This document shows positions 1-10,439 of a stretch of DNA of 64,000 nt, one piece after another. The stretch is from assembly GCA_035301085.1 (NCBI GenBank), contig DATGUU010000024.1:6210-70209 (forward strand). The letters run 5' to 3'. How positions within the stretch are numbered: the first letter of the stretch is position 1; each line of letters opens with the position of its first letter. The notes under the pieces were generated by a model. It worked only from the letters and a program-made list of their open reading frames with translations, did not search any database and was not told the origin of the DNA. Source of the DNA: Pseudogracilibacillus sp. Its GTDB lineage: Bacteria > Bacillota > Bacilli > Bacillales > Amphibacillaceae. The position numbers were made by a program, and so were the translations under genes.

Positions 1-876
1 AATCTTAAGAATTGTATCAATGAAGTTAAAGAACGTGCAATCTTTATTAATACGGGCTTCTTAGATCGTACAGGTGATGAAATTCACACAGCAATGAAGA
101 TGGGTCCAATGTTACGTAAAGATGATATGAAGAATGCTAAATGGTTAGGTTCATATGAAAAGAACAACGTTCAAACAGGACTTGCTACAGGTTTCCAAGG
201 GAATGCGCAAATTGGAAAGGGTATGTGGGCAATGCCAGATAAAATGGCTGATATGGTTGAACAAAAAATTGGTCATGTAAAAGCAGGAGCAAATACAGCC
301 TGGGTACCGTCACCAACTGCAGGAACGCTACATGCACTACATTATCATGAAATTGATTATAAAGAAGTACAAGATAAAATAATTGAAAATGGACTAGAAA
401 TAGATTATCAAGCTGATATTTTAGAAATACCTATTGAATCAGATCCTAGCTGGACAGAAGAAGAAATCCAAGATGAACTAGATAATAACGCTCAAACAAT
501 GTTAGGTTATGTTGTGAGATGGGTTGAACAAGGTGTAGGTTGTTCTAAAGTACCTGATATTAAAGATGTTGGACTAATGGAAGATAGAGCAACACTTAGA
601 ATATCAAGCCAAATGATGGCAAACTGGTTACAGCATGATATTTGTACGAAAGAGCAAGTAGAAGAAACGCTGAAAAGAATGGCAAAAATAGTTGATAAAC
701 AAAATGAAGGTGATCCAGAATATATAAACATGTCACCTAATTATGATGAATCAGTAGCCTTCCAAGCTGCACGCGACTTAGTTTTTGAAGGGCATTTGCA
801 GCCTAATGGTTATACTGAACCTATCTTACACCGTCGTCGAATAGAAGCAAAAAAGAAACAAGGTATTATTAACTAA
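1..876 (+). CDS. glcB: Malate synthase G, C-terminal part (starts before the window)
   Basis: Frame is open from base 1 and reads [16 protein letters not shown]. Also [20 protein letters not shown] and [10 protein letters not shown]...[13 protein letters not shown], all malate synthase G motifs. Confidence 0.95.
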   Translation, partial: NLKNCINEVKERAIFINTGFLDRTGDEIHTAMKMGPMLRKDDMKNAKWLGSYEKNNVQTGLATGFQGNAQIGKGMWAMPDKMADMVEQKIGHVKAGANTAWVPSPTAGTLHALHYHEIDYKEVQDKIIENGLEIDYQADILEIPIESDPSWTEEEIQDELDNNAQTMLGYVVRWVEQGVGCSKVPDIKDVGLMEDRATLRISSQMMANWLQHDICTKEQVEETLKRMAKIVDKQNEGDPEYINMSPNYDESVAFQAARDLVFEGHLQPNGYTEPILHRRRIEAKKKQGIIN

Positions 877-877
877 T

Positions 878-921
878 AAAAGCTGTTCAAATCAGATATT
901 CTGATTTTGAACAGCTTTTTC
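878..921. terminator. Bidirectional intrinsic terminator between convergent genes
   Basis: AAAAGCTGTTCAAA...TTTGAACAGCTTTT inverted repeat; it overlaps the 3' end of the minus-strand gene. Confidence 0.8.
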
Positions 922-1938
922 TTTGTTTTTAATAGAGTTCTTAACTAAATCAAATTCAGACGCAAGTTGGATAAGAGCAGATAATTCATATAATAAAATA
1001 AGTTCATTAGGAAGATGACCATCACTAGATTCATATTTCATCACATTATTGTTTAACCAAAAAGTTTGCATCAAGCGTTTAATAGATACCTCGTGAACTT
1101 TTAAGTCGACATCTGTTTCATGAATCATATGTTCAGCTAGAGACTCAACAGCATTTTCAATAAGTAGTTGTTCATCTGAAGTGAGTTGAAGATTATCAAG
1201 AGATAAGTTTTTTAAGTTAGTTAAATGATAAACCATTAATTTCAATCGATTAATTTGTTTGCGAGAAATATAAAAATCTTGTTTTTTATTACCTACTAAA
1301 GGATGGAAATTCGCTTCATCTTTTTGAAAGCGAATGAGTTCTTCTGTTTTTATAATTTGTTTATCTAAATATAATAATAATCTATTTTTATTTACAGGAG
1401 TTTTTTTATTAAAAATGATAATTGATTGAACGACTTCACCAATATTTTTATACAATTTATTAATGTTTTCACTGATTTCTTTTATGTAATTAGGGGGAAG
1501 GATAAACATATTAACGACGGTAGAGACAATCAATCCGATAGATGTTGTGCCAAGTCTAGTTAGGAAAGATAAAAAGTAATTGTCATAAACAACTTCAATC
1601 ATTGCGACAGCAGTAATAGTTGCCACAAGGAGACCAGCATGTAGTTTTAATTTATAACTTGTAATAATTGTAAAGACAGCAGCTAATGTATATGTGATTG
1701 GAGAATTCCCAAAGAGTGCAATAAAAAGAACGGCGTATGCCGATCCAATTGCTGAAGCAGGAAAGCGCACTAATCCTTTTTTTATAGAATCAGATACGGT
1801 GGGCTCTAATGTTACTATAGCTGTAATCACAGCAAAAACAGGGGGGAGACCGAGTAGTTGACATATCAGAGCTGTTAGAAAGATAGCAACACCTGTTTTG
1901 ATTGTACGAACACCTAAAAAATCAAAAACTCTCATCAT
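892..1938 (-). CDS. Aromatic acid exporter (ArAE/FUSC-like, YgaE-type) membrane protein
   Basis: GVRTIKTGVAIFL start, N-terminal hydrophobic block with FAVITAIVTLEPT, helical soluble C-terminus. Confidence 0.75.
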   Translation of the reverse strand: MMRVFDFLGVRTIKTGVAIFLTALICQLLGLPPVFAVITAIVTLEPTVSDSIKKGLVRFPASAIGSAYAVLFIALFGNSPITYTLAAVFTIITSYKLKLHAGLLVATITAVAMIEVVYDNYFLSFLTRLGTTSIGLIVSTVVNMFILPPNYIKEISENINKLYKNIGEVVQSIIIFNKKTPVNKNRLLLYLDKQIIKTEELIRFQKDEANFHPLVGNKKQDFYISRKQINRLKLMVYHLTNLKNLSLDNLQLTSDEQLLIENAVESLAEHMIHETDVDLKVHEVSIKRLMQTFWLNNNVMKYESSDGHLPNELILLYELSALIQLASEFDLVKNSIKNKEKAVQNQNI

Positions 1939-2116
1939 AAAACCTCACAATTTTTGTAAAATTCTTATTAAATATAATTATAACAAACTCTTGTCAATAA
2001 AGGTTAAAAAAGTAATTATTCAAAATAAATAAACTTTTATATAACAGTATAATGCTTTACTGGAAGGGTTTATGCTGTACTTTTAATTATTAATTGAATA
2101 AATTTTACATAAAAGC

Positions 2117-2144
2117 TTGCAATATTCTGACAATGTATTATACT
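2117..2144 (+). promoter_or_regulatory. Putative sigmaA promoter, with a weak CodY-like box in the spacer
   Basis: TTGCAA-16 bp-TATACT; AATATTCTGACAATG at 2121-2135 has 3 mismatches to AATTTTCWGAAAATT. Confidence 0.4.
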
Positions 2145-2200
2145 GTATTACAACAGGTAAAGGAAATTCGATCTGTTACATAAAAATGGAGGTGCCAAAC

Positions 2201-2308
2201 ATGGAAATGAAGAGAGATAATGTAACTTGTCCAGAGTGTGGAACTAGTGTGTCGGAAAGAAGTTATACATTAGTGTGTGACTATTGTTTGTCAAAGAAAG
2301 AAGATTAA
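2201..2308 (+). CDS. 35-aa zinc-ribbon small protein (YhfH-like)
   Basis: GGAGGTG RBS before ATG 2201; MEMKRDNVTCPECG...VCDYCLSKKED has two CxxC pairs. Confidence 0.7.
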   Translation: MEMKRDNVTCPECGTSVSERSYTLVCDYCLSKKED

Positions 2309-2462
2309 TGATAACTCCGTTGTTATATAGCAGTAAGAGTTTATCTGTATAATTAAGAGAAGTGAAAAGAAATAAGCAATTAATTTAGAAAGCGCTTAAT
2401 TTGAGTTTATAAAATAACTCATAAAATAAAATATAGAAGTATAAAATAGGGGGAAAATATTA

Positions 2463-3737
2463 ATGTTTAAAGAAAGAGCAGCAGAAATTCAAAAAGATTG
2501 GGATACTAATCCAAGATGGAAGGGAATTACTCGTCCATACTCAGCAGAAGATGTAGTTCGTTTAAGAGGATCTATTGATATCGATTATACATTAGCAAAT
2601 ATAGGGTCACAAAAACTATGGGACTTAGTGAATGAAGAAGACTATGTTAACTCACTTGGAGCATTAACTGGGAACCAAGCAGTACAACAAGTTAAAGCAG
2701 GATTAAAAGCTATTTACTTAAGTGGATGGCAAGTTGCTGCAGATGCAAACATGGCTGGAGAAATGTATCCAGACCAAAGTTTATATCCAGTAAACAGTGT
2801 ACCTCAAGTAGTTCGCCGTATTAATAATGCCCTACAACGTGCGGATCAAGTTGAATATTCAGAAGGTAAAAATGACATTGACTTCTTTGCACCAATTGTA
2901 GCAGACGCTGAAGCAGGTTTTGGTGGTCACTTAAACGTATTTGAATTAATGAAATCTATGATTGAAGCTGGAGCATCAGGTGTTCACTTTGAAGACCAGT
3001 TAGCTTCTGAGAAGAAATGTGGTCACTTAGGTGGTAAAGTATTACTTCCTACACAAGTTGCTATCAAAAACTTAGTTGCAGCACGTTTTGCAGCAGATGT
3101 TATGGGAACGCCTACAGTAATTATGGCTCGTACAGATGCTAACGCAGCTGATTTAATTACAAGTGATGTCGATGAAAAAGATGCACCATTTATTACAGGC
3201 GAAAGAACAGTTGAAGGATTCTACCGTACAAAAGCAGGTCTAGATCAAGCAATTGCGCGTGGTTTAGCTTATGCTCCATATGCAGATTTAATCTGGTGTG
3301 AAACTGCAGAGCCAGACCTAGAAGAAGCAAGACGTTTTGCAGAAGCAATCCATGAAGAATATCCAGATCAGTTATTAGCATACAACTGTTCACCTTCATT
3401 TAACTGGGAGAAGCATATGTCTGAAGAAGATATGGATACATTCCAAAAAGAAATTGCGGCAATGGGTTATAAGTATCAGTTTGTAACATTAGCTGGATTC
3501 CATACATTAAATTACAGCATGTTCGAACTTGCTGAACAGTACAAAGACAAAGGTATGGGAGCATACTCTCGTCTAGTCCAAGGAAAAGAATTCGCAGCTG
3601 AGAGTAAAGGTTATACTGCTACGCGTCACCAGCGTGAAGTTGGAACAGGTTACTTTGATGAAGTAGCGCAAGTTATTGCTGATGGTGAATCATCAACAAC
3701 TGCACTAGCTGGATCAACAGAAGCGGAACAATTCTAA
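2463..3737 (+). CDS. aceA: Isocitrate lyase
   Basis: [12 protein letters not shown] catalytic motif, [31 protein letters not shown]. Confidence 0.98.
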   Translation: MFKERAAEIQKDWDTNPRWKGITRPYSAEDVVRLRGSIDIDYTLANIGSQKLWDLVNEEDYVNSLGALTGNQAVQQVKAGLKAIYLSGWQVAADANMAGEMYPDQSLYPVNSVPQVVRRINNALQRADQVEYSEGKNDIDFFAPIVADAEAGFGGHLNVFELMKSMIEAGASGVHFEDQLASEKKCGHLGGKVLLPTQVAIKNLVAARFAADVMGTPTVIMARTDANAADLITSDVDEKDAPFITGERTVEGFYRTKAGLDQAIARGLAYAPYADLIWCETAEPDLEEARRFAEAIHEEYPDQLLAYNCSPSFNWEKHMSEEDMDTFQKEIAAMGYKYQFVTLAGFHTLNYSMFELAEQYKDKGMGAYSRLVQGKEFAAESKGYTATRHQREVGTGYFDEVAQVIADGESSTTALAGSTEAEQF

Positions 3738-3747
3738 ATTTAAAACG

Positions 3748-3792
3748 AAAAAAGAAGCTTTGTTATCATTTGATAACAAAGCTTCTTTTTTT
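3748..3792 (+). terminator. Intrinsic terminator after aceA
   Basis: AAAAAAGAAGCTTTGTTATCA-TT-TGATAACAAAGCTTCTTTTTT perfect hairpin with T tract. Confidence 0.9.
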
Positions 3793-3964
3793 GTTTTTAA
3801 AATATAATAAATAAAAATAATATTACAATTAAAGATAAACATATCTCTGAAATGAAATACTTTTGTAATAAAACTCTAACCTCTCTGTTACTTAAAAATG
3901 TTAAGGTACTCTTAGTGAAATTTTTAGTGAAGTAATTTTACATTAAAAGAAACGGGGAATTAAC

Positions 3965-5308
3965 TTGATAAACAAACTATTTACAGCAAGTCTTTTAACA
4001 TTTATTATGTTTACGGGAATTGGACAAATTGATAGTGTACAAGCTGCTGATTCATTAGAAGATAGAAAGAAAAATGTTGAACAAAATTTAAATAAAGTAG
4101 AACAAAGTATTTTAGATACTGCTAATAAAGTAAATAAAATGAATGAAGATATTGAAGTTTTAGAAGCAGCGATTGCATCTAACGAAGAAGAACTTAAAAA
4201 AGAAGAAAACAATGTCAAAAAATATGAGCAAGAAGTAGCAGAATTAAGAAAAGAAATTAAAAAACTCGAAAAACAAATTGATGAAAGAAATGAAATTCTT
4301 AAAGAAAGATTATCTTCATACCAGAAAACAGGTGGAGATTTAGGTTATCTAGAAGTTATTTTTGGTTCAGCTGGATTTGAAGATTTTATTACTAGATTTA
4401 CAGCTGTAACAACAATAACTAAAGCAGATAATGATTTAATCGAAGCTCAAAAAGAAGCGATGAAAAAAGTAGAAGCAACTGAGGTTAAAGTTAAAGAAAA
4501 ATTAGCTGAAGCAGAAAGTGCAAAAAACAGATTAGCAAAAATTAGTGAGTTAAAGAAAAGTCAAAAAGCAGAATTAGATTCAGCATTACAATCTGTGAAA
4601 AACGAAATCCAAATATTAAAAGATAAAAAAGCAGCATATGTTAAAGAAGGAAATGACATTAAAGCTTTAGAAGAAAAAGCTAAAGCAGTTAAAGAAGCAA
4701 AAATTGCTGCAGCAGAAAAGGCTAAAGCAGAAAAAACTGCTCAAAAGTCAACATCAACTACTACAACTGAAAAAAATGAAACAGCTGAAGCATCAAATCA
4801 AGAAGAAGTTGTTCAAGAATCAGTGAAGAATACTAATTCAACTCAAGCAGAAAAAACATCAACAAATAACAATAGTTCAGAAAAAGAAACAAAAACAGAA
4901 GCAAAAACAGAAAAGAAAACAGTAAGTAAACCAAAATCAGAAAAAAAATCAGCTAGTAAACCAAAAGCTGAAAAGAAATCATCAAACAACACGTCAAAGC
5001 CATCAAGTGGTAAGGCGGTTAAAGAATTGAAAATGCAAGCTACAGCATATACAGCAAAATGTACAGGTTGTTCAGGAGTCACAGCAACAGGTATTGATTT
5101 AAATAAAAATCGTAATGCTAAAGTTGTTGCAGTAGATCCTTCAGTTATTCCACTAGGATCAAAAGTATGGGTATCAGGATATGGAACGGCTATTGCAGGA
5201 GATACAGGTGGAGCAATTAAAGGTAATAGAATTGATCTACATTATCCAACTAAATCAGGAGCATATTCTTTTGGTCGTAAAACAGTAACAGTTAAAGTAT
5301 TAAAATAG
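3965..5308 (+). CDS. Secreted PcsB/CwlO-type coiled-coil protein with C-terminal 3D domain (lytic-transglycosylase-like)
   Basis: Signal peptide (TTG start), long coiled coil with YLEVIFGSAGFEDFITR, K/T/S linker, ATAYT...AVDPSVIPLGS...DTGGAIKGNRID. Confidence 0.88.
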   Translation: MINKLFTASLLTFIMFTGIGQIDSVQAADSLEDRKKNVEQNLNKVEQSILDTANKVNKMNEDIEVLEAAIASNEEELKKEENNVKKYEQEVAELRKEIKKLEKQIDERNEILKERLSSYQKTGGDLGYLEVIFGSAGFEDFITRFTAVTTITKADNDLIEAQKEAMKKVEATEVKVKEKLAEAESAKNRLAKISELKKSQKAELDSALQSVKNEIQILKDKKAAYVKEGNDIKALEEKAKAVKEAKIAAAEKAKAEKTAQKSTSTTTTEKNETAEASNQEEVVQESVKNTNSTQAEKTSTNNNSSEKETKTEAKTEKKTVSKPKSEKKSASKPKAEKKSSNNTSKPSSGKAVKELKMQATAYTAKCTGCSGVTATGIDLNKNRNAKVVAVDPSVIPLGSKVWVSGYGTAIAGDTGGAIKGNRIDLHYPTKSGAYSFGRKTVTVKVLK

Positions 5309-5329
5309 TCCCAAATATAAATAATAATG

Positions 5330-5378
5330 CATGAGTATGATAGTCTTTGAAATTAACTATCATACTCATGTGTTTCTT
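5330..5378 (+). terminator. Hairpin, probable terminator
   Basis: CATGAGTATGATAGT / ACTATCATACTCATG 15-bp stem, imperfect T tract. Confidence 0.6.
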
Positions 5379-5454
5379 ACTATAAAACTAAAAGTCGAAT
5401 TATAAATGTCAACGTAATTGTGTAACAATTAGAAATCAATTAGAGGAATGGAGA

Positions 5455-7104
5455 ATGAAATTGCGAAAAAAGATGATGATTGTTGGAACTGTATTTACAT
5501 TGACACTTAGTGGTTTAGGAGTTGTAGGATCAGTTAGTGCAGAACAAACGATTGATGAAAAAAAAGAGAACCTTTCACAAAATTTAAATAAAGTAGAAAA
5601 AGATATTTTAAATGCTACTATGAAAGTAAATGAAATAAACTTAGATATTAGTTCATTAGAAAGTGCCTTGTTAGCAAATGAAGAAGAAGTAGTTCGTTTA
5701 ACTAAAGAAGCTAAAAAACATGGCAAAGAAATAAAGCAACTTAAAGAAGAAATTAAAATTTTAGAAGAAGAAATTAAAGCACGTCATGAAATATTAAAAG
5801 AACGTTTATCATCTTATCAAAATAGTGGTGGAGATCTTGGATTTAGAGATGTAATATTTGGATCAACAGGATTTGAAGAATTTATTACTCGCTTTACAGC
5901 CGTAATAACAATTACAAACGCTGATAATAAATTAATTGAAGAACAAAAAGCAGCAATTAAAAAAGTTGAAAAAAAAGAACAGCAAGTTCAAAAAAAATTA
6001 AAAGCAACAGAGAAAGCTAAAGCTGAATTAACAGCAATAAATAAAGAACAAAAAGCTCAAAGAAAAGAATTAAATAAATCAAGAAAAGCTGTTGAATCAG
6101 AAATATCAAATTTAGAAAATAAAAAACAAGCTTACATAGATGAAGGAAATGATCTTGAAGCTTTAGAAGAACAAATTCAAATTGAATTAAATGAAAGAGA
6201 AATGAGAGAGAATGAAAATATATCAATAAATGATGTTGATCCTGTAAATAATGAAACAAACGAAGTACAAAGTGAAGATGTAGTGTCAGAACCTAATGAC
6301 ATAAATTCAAATAACGTGAATAGTGAAGAATCAAACGATAATACAGCTGAATCAAGTGAAGACACAAATTTAACATCTCAAAGTCGTTCAGTTGATACAA
6401 GTACCAATACAGTTGAAAATGACACAATCAATTCAACTCATTCAAATTCAAATAGTAATAACTCAAATACTTCAAATGCTAATGAAAGTTCAAGCAATTC
6501 GAGTGACTCAAGTAACTCAAACACAAGTTCAAGCAATTCAAGTAACTCAAGCGTAAGTTCAAGCAATTCAAGTAACCCAAGCACAAGTTCAAGCGATTCA
6601 AGTAACTCAAGCGCAAGTTCAAGCAATTCAAGTAACTCAAGCACGAGTTCAAGTAATACAAATATAAGCTCAAATAACTCAAATAATTCAAGTTCAACTG
6701 ACAATAAACCAAAACCAAATACAAGTTCAAAACTAGGTAATGGAATTATAGCTGATGCTCAAGCTCTAAAAGGAACTAGATATAAATCGGTTGGATCTAC
6801 TCCTAGTGGTTTTGATTGTTCAGGATATACATCTTACGTTTATGCAAAAAATGGAATCAATTTACCTAGGACAGCATCGCAACAGTATCATGCATATCCA
6901 AAAGTATCTAAGAGTCAATTAAGAGCAGGAGACTTAGTCTTCTTCACATCTTCACCAGGCGGTAAATCAATTACGCATGTAGGGATTTCGCTTGGAGGTA
7001 GTAAATATATTGGTTCACAAACTTCAACAGGTGTTGCAATTACAAGCATTGATGACCCTTATTATTGGGGGCCTAGATATGTTGGAGCAGTGAGACCTAA
7101 TTAA
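5455..7104 (+). CDS. CwlO-like D,L-endopeptidase (PcsB coiled coil plus NlpC/P60)
   Basis: Signal peptide, coiled coil, S/N-rich linker, GFDCSGYT, LPRTA, GDLVFF, THVGI. Confidence 0.88.
   Translation: MKLRKKMMIVGTVFTLTLSGLGVVGSVSAEQTIDEKKENLSQNLNKVEKDILNATMKVNEINLDISSLESALLANEEEVVRLTKEAKKHGKEIKQLKEEIKILEEEIKARHEILKERLSSYQNSGGDLGFRDVIFGSTGFEEFITRFTAVITITNADNKLIEEQKAAIKKVEKKEQQVQKKLKATEKAKAELTAINKEQKAQRKELNKSRKAVESEISNLENKKQAYIDEGNDLEALEEQIQIELNEREMRENENISINDVDPVNNETNEVQSEDVVSEPNDINSNNVNSEESNDNTAESSEDTNLTSQSRSVDTSTNTVENDTINSTHSNSNSNNSNTSNANESSSNSSDSSNSNTSSSNSSNSSVSSSNSSNPSTSSSDSSNSSASSSNSSNSSTSSSNTNISSNNSNNSSSTDNKPKPNTSSKLGNGIIADAQALKGTRYKSVGSTPSGFDCSGYTSYVYAKNGINLPRTASQQYHAYPKVSKSQLRAGDLVFFTSSPGGKSITHVGISLGGSKYIGSQTSTGVAITSIDDPYYWGPRYVGAVRPN
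6487..6655 (+). repeat. About 30-bp tandem repeat encoding the Ser/Asn linker
   Basis: Repeated AGTTCAAGCAATTCAAGTAACTCAAGC units (SSSNSSNSS). Confidence 0.85.
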
Positions 7105-7108
7105 TAAT

Positions 7109-7155
7109 AAAGAGCACTTAAGATATTTATAAATCTTAAGTGCTCTTTTATTTTT
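7109..7155 (+). terminator. Intrinsic terminator
   Basis: AAAGAGCACTTAAGAT / ATCTTAAGTGCTCTTT stem plus T tract. Confidence 0.85.
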
Positions 7156-7232
7156 AATTACTAGACGTAAATTATTTGTTATTATAAGCTACTAATATCT
7201 AATTAAAAAGTAAGATTCGAAGGAGTATTGGT

Positions 7233-8351
7233 ATGAAGATTAAAGAAGTTGATATTTACCATATAGAAATGCCTCTTAAAGAACCTTTTATTATTTCATA
7301 TACAACATTTGATAAAATGCCAGCTATTATCGTAAAAATAACAACAGATACTGGTGTAGTAGGTTATGGGGAAAGTGTACCTGATGAACACGTAACAGGA
7401 GAATCTGTCTATACTGTCTTTACTGCTTTAAAACAACATTTAATTCCTGCAGTATTGGGACAAGATCCTCGTAACATTAAAGAAATCCACAAATTAATGA
7501 ATCAAGTATTAGTTCAAAATGGTGCTGCTAAAGCAGCATTAGATATTGCTTGTTATGATATTTTAGGCAAAGTAAGTCAACTACCCATCTATTCACTTCT
7601 GGGAGGTCGAAAGCAAATAGATCCAATGATACCCAGAGTAACAAGTATCTTAGAACCAGACGTATTAGCTCGACAAGCAAAAGAAGCACTTGAAGAAGGA
7701 TATAAAGAAATAAAAATGAAAATTGGAACAGATCCAGATAAAGATATTGCTCGAGTTAAAGCGGTTAGAGAAGCAGTTGGTGATCATTTGCTAATTCGAA
7801 TAGATGTGAATCAAGGATGGCAAAATGTGCAACTAGCTAAATCAACAATTAAGCGTTTAGAACCTTATAATATCTCTTGGATTGAACAACCAATTAAACA
7901 AAATGATGTTTCTTTTTTCAGACGTTTAAACAGAAGTACAGAGATTCCTTTGATGGCTGATGAAAGCATGATAAATGAACAAAACTTAAGAACACTTATT
8001 GAAGATGAATCTGTTGATTACGTTAACATTAAATTAATGAAAAGTGGTGGGATTTATCCAGTATATAAATTAGCTACTCAAGCAGAATTATTTGGTATAA
8101 GTTGTCAAATAGGTTCGATGGTAGAATCAAGCATAGCTTCTGCAGCTGGTTTTCATGTTGCATTAGCAAAAGATAATATTGTTTCAACAGAAATTTCAGG
8201 CCCAACAAAATTTATTAAAGAGCCAGGTAATTTAAAGTATAATTTACCATTTGTTGAAATTACAGATAAACCTGGTCTAGGTATAAGTGTTGATCAAACT
8301 ATATTAGATGACTTAACAATAAAAAAAGAAACGATAAATAAAATCGTGTAA
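7233..8351 (+). CDS. Enolase-superfamily dipeptide epimerase (L-Ala-D/L-Glu epimerase, YkfB-like)
   Basis: KMKIG (KxK), DVNQGW, IEQP, ADES, NIKLMKSGG, GSMVES. Confidence 0.8.
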   Translation: MKIKEVDIYHIEMPLKEPFIISYTTFDKMPAIIVKITTDTGVVGYGESVPDEHVTGESVYTVFTALKQHLIPAVLGQDPRNIKEIHKLMNQVLVQNGAAKAALDIACYDILGKVSQLPIYSLLGGRKQIDPMIPRVTSILEPDVLARQAKEALEEGYKEIKMKIGTDPDKDIARVKAVREAVGDHLLIRIDVNQGWQNVQLAKSTIKRLEPYNISWIEQPIKQNDVSFFRRLNRSTEIPLMADESMINEQNLRTLIEDESVDYVNIKLMKSGGIYPVYKLATQAELFGISCQIGSMVESSIASAAGFHVALAKDNIVSTEISGPTKFIKEPGNLKYNLPFVEITDKPGLGISVDQTILDDLTIKKETINKIV

Positions 8352-8363
8352 GGGGGGATTTGA

Positions 8364-9482
8364 ATGAATGAAAAAACTGAGTTAACTTCAATGTGGAAAG
8401 ACTTACATCGTTTAGCAGAAGTAAGTTTTGAAGAATTCAAAACAACAGATTATCTTGTTGATTACTTTAAAAAAGAAGGATTTAATCCAATCAGATTTAA
8501 AAACATTCCTGGGTTTTATGTTGAATTAGGTAAAGGTAAACCAGTAGTTGGCTTAAGAGCAGATATGGATGCCTTAATGCAAAATGTTGATGGAAAAATG
8601 CAAGCAAATCATTCATGTGGTCATGATGCTCATATGACGATTGTATCTGGAGTTATGCAACGATTAAAAAAACAAGAATCAAAATTAACAGGAACAATTC
8701 GTGCTATATTTCAACCAGGTGAAGAGCTTGGTAATGGCTCAATTAAGGTTATCAAAGAAGGTGTAGCAGATGATTTAGATTATTTATTTGGTGTTCATTT
8801 AAGACCACATAACGAAATATCATATCCTAATTGCGCCCCAGGTATTCAACATGGTGCTGGCACGTTTATTAAAGGATATATATATGGTGAAGATCATCAT
8901 GGTGCACGTCAAAACGAAGGGATTAATTCAATTGAAGTGGGAAGTTCGATTGTGCAACAAATTAAGCAGATTTATACCCCTCCAACGGTTCCTGCTTCAA
9001 TTAAAATGACTAATTTTCATGCAGGAAGTGAGAGTTATAATGTTATACCTGGTGAAGCAAGTTTTGGACTAGATTTACGAGCACAAGAAAATGATGTTAT
9101 GGATGAAATTAAAGCTAAACTATCACACATTATAAATAGTTTAGCGACATTATACGAATTGAAAATTAAAACTGAAATTATTGATGAAGTACCAGCAGCT
9201 ATTATTAATGAATCAGCAGAAAAACATTTAAAAAAGGCGATTATTGATGTTTTAGGTGAAGATCGACTTCAACCACGTTTATTAACAGCTGGTTCAGATG
9301 ACTTTCATTTCTATACCTTATTAAGACCACATATTAAAGCTACAATGTTAGCTTTAGGAGCTGATGTCCAACCTGGTTTACATGATCCAGATATGACATT
9401 TAATAAAGTTGCTCTAACTAATGGTGTTAATATTTTAACAAATGCTTGTCTTAATATTTGTAATGTAAAAGAGGATTTATAA
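8364..9482 (+). CDS. M20D amidohydrolase (AmhX-like)
   Basis: LRADMDAL, HSCGHDAH, FQPGEE, GSDDF, GLH. Confidence 0.85.
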   Translation: MNEKTELTSMWKDLHRLAEVSFEEFKTTDYLVDYFKKEGFNPIRFKNIPGFYVELGKGKPVVGLRADMDALMQNVDGKMQANHSCGHDAHMTIVSGVMQRLKKQESKLTGTIRAIFQPGEELGNGSIKVIKEGVADDLDYLFGVHLRPHNEISYPNCAPGIQHGAGTFIKGYIYGEDHHGARQNEGINSIEVGSSIVQQIKQIYTPPTVPASIKMTNFHAGSESYNVIPGEASFGLDLRAQENDVMDEIKAKLSHIINSLATLYELKIKTEIIDEVPAAIINESAEKHLKKAIIDVLGEDRLQPRLLTAGSDDFHFYTLLRPHIKATMLALGADVQPGLHDPDMTFNKVALTNGVNILTNACLNICNVKEDL

Positions 9483-10189
9483 TGAAGAGTTTGAGTAGTG
9501 GAAAACTAAAGCAATCTAAAGAAAAATATGAAGTACGTCGATTAAGTATAGAAAATATAGCTGAAATCATGAATTTACAAAATAATGTTTATCAAAAATT
9601 AATTGATAAATCAAAATTAGAACGTTTAAGTGAAGATGAATTCACATTTATTTTATCAGGAAATGGATTAATGATTGGTGCTTATCTAGATGATAAGCTT
9701 ATTGCTGTGCGTGCATTACTAGATCCAACAGATGATCCACATCATCTAGGGCTTGCAATAGGACTAGAAGAAAAAGATTTGGATAAAGTAATTTATCAAG
9801 AAGTTTCTTTTGTACATCCTGATTATCAGGGAAACAGCTTACAAAAAATAATGGGTAATTTAATTATGAAAGAACTAAATAAAAAAGACCATCCTTATTT
9901 GTATGTTTGTGCGACAGTTGCTCCTGATAATATCCCGAGTTTAAAGGACAAATTTGCACAACAAATGGAAATAAAAGCGCTTGTTACGATTTATGGAGAA
10001 AAAAAACGTTATGTGTTTGCTAAAGAGCTAAGAGATAGAGGAAGTAATAAAGATGTTATTAAAGAAGTTAAGGTAAATCTAGCTAATGTAAATGAGGTAA
10101 AGCAATATCTTGATTTACATTGGGTTGGAACATTGTTAGAACAACGTGTGAATGAATACTTTATTAAATTTGTGCAATATAAATCATAA
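9482..10189 (+). CDS. GNAT family N-acetyltransferase
   Basis: VHPDYQGNSLQ acetyl-CoA motif, ATVAPDNIPSL; translationally coupled to the amidohydrolase. Confidence 0.75.
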   Translation: MKSLSSGKLKQSKEKYEVRRLSIENIAEIMNLQNNVYQKLIDKSKLERLSEDEFTFILSGNGLMIGAYLDDKLIAVRALLDPTDDPHHLGLAIGLEEKDLDKVIYQEVSFVHPDYQGNSLQKIMGNLIMKELNKKDHPYLYVCATVAPDNIPSLKDKFAQQMEIKALVTIYGEKKRYVFAKELRDRGSNKDVIKEVKVNLANVNEVKQYLDLHWVGTLLEQRVNEYFIKFVQYKS

Positions 10190-10439
10190 AGAATAATAGG
10201 TGGAGCAATCAAGTAAACAAGTCATTACACAAACTGGAAAAGTTGAAAAAGCTGATGGTGATTGAGTAAATGACCAGAAAATAATCACTTGTTAAATTTA
10301 TTAAATGCTTATTCTGCAGTAAACTAATGTCATCGACATCGGAAAATTACCGCTGCACTTAATGAGCAAGTTGACTGTGTCAAATTAACATCTCCTGCAT
10401 TTCATAACGATGATCAACTGGATCCAATGTTACCAGGTA

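Noticed and set aside
3864-3880. WalR box TGTAAT-N5-TCTAAC upstream of the 3D hydrolase
   Set aside because: One mismatch in AT-rich DNA and no matching site before the second hydrolase; plausible but unsupported.
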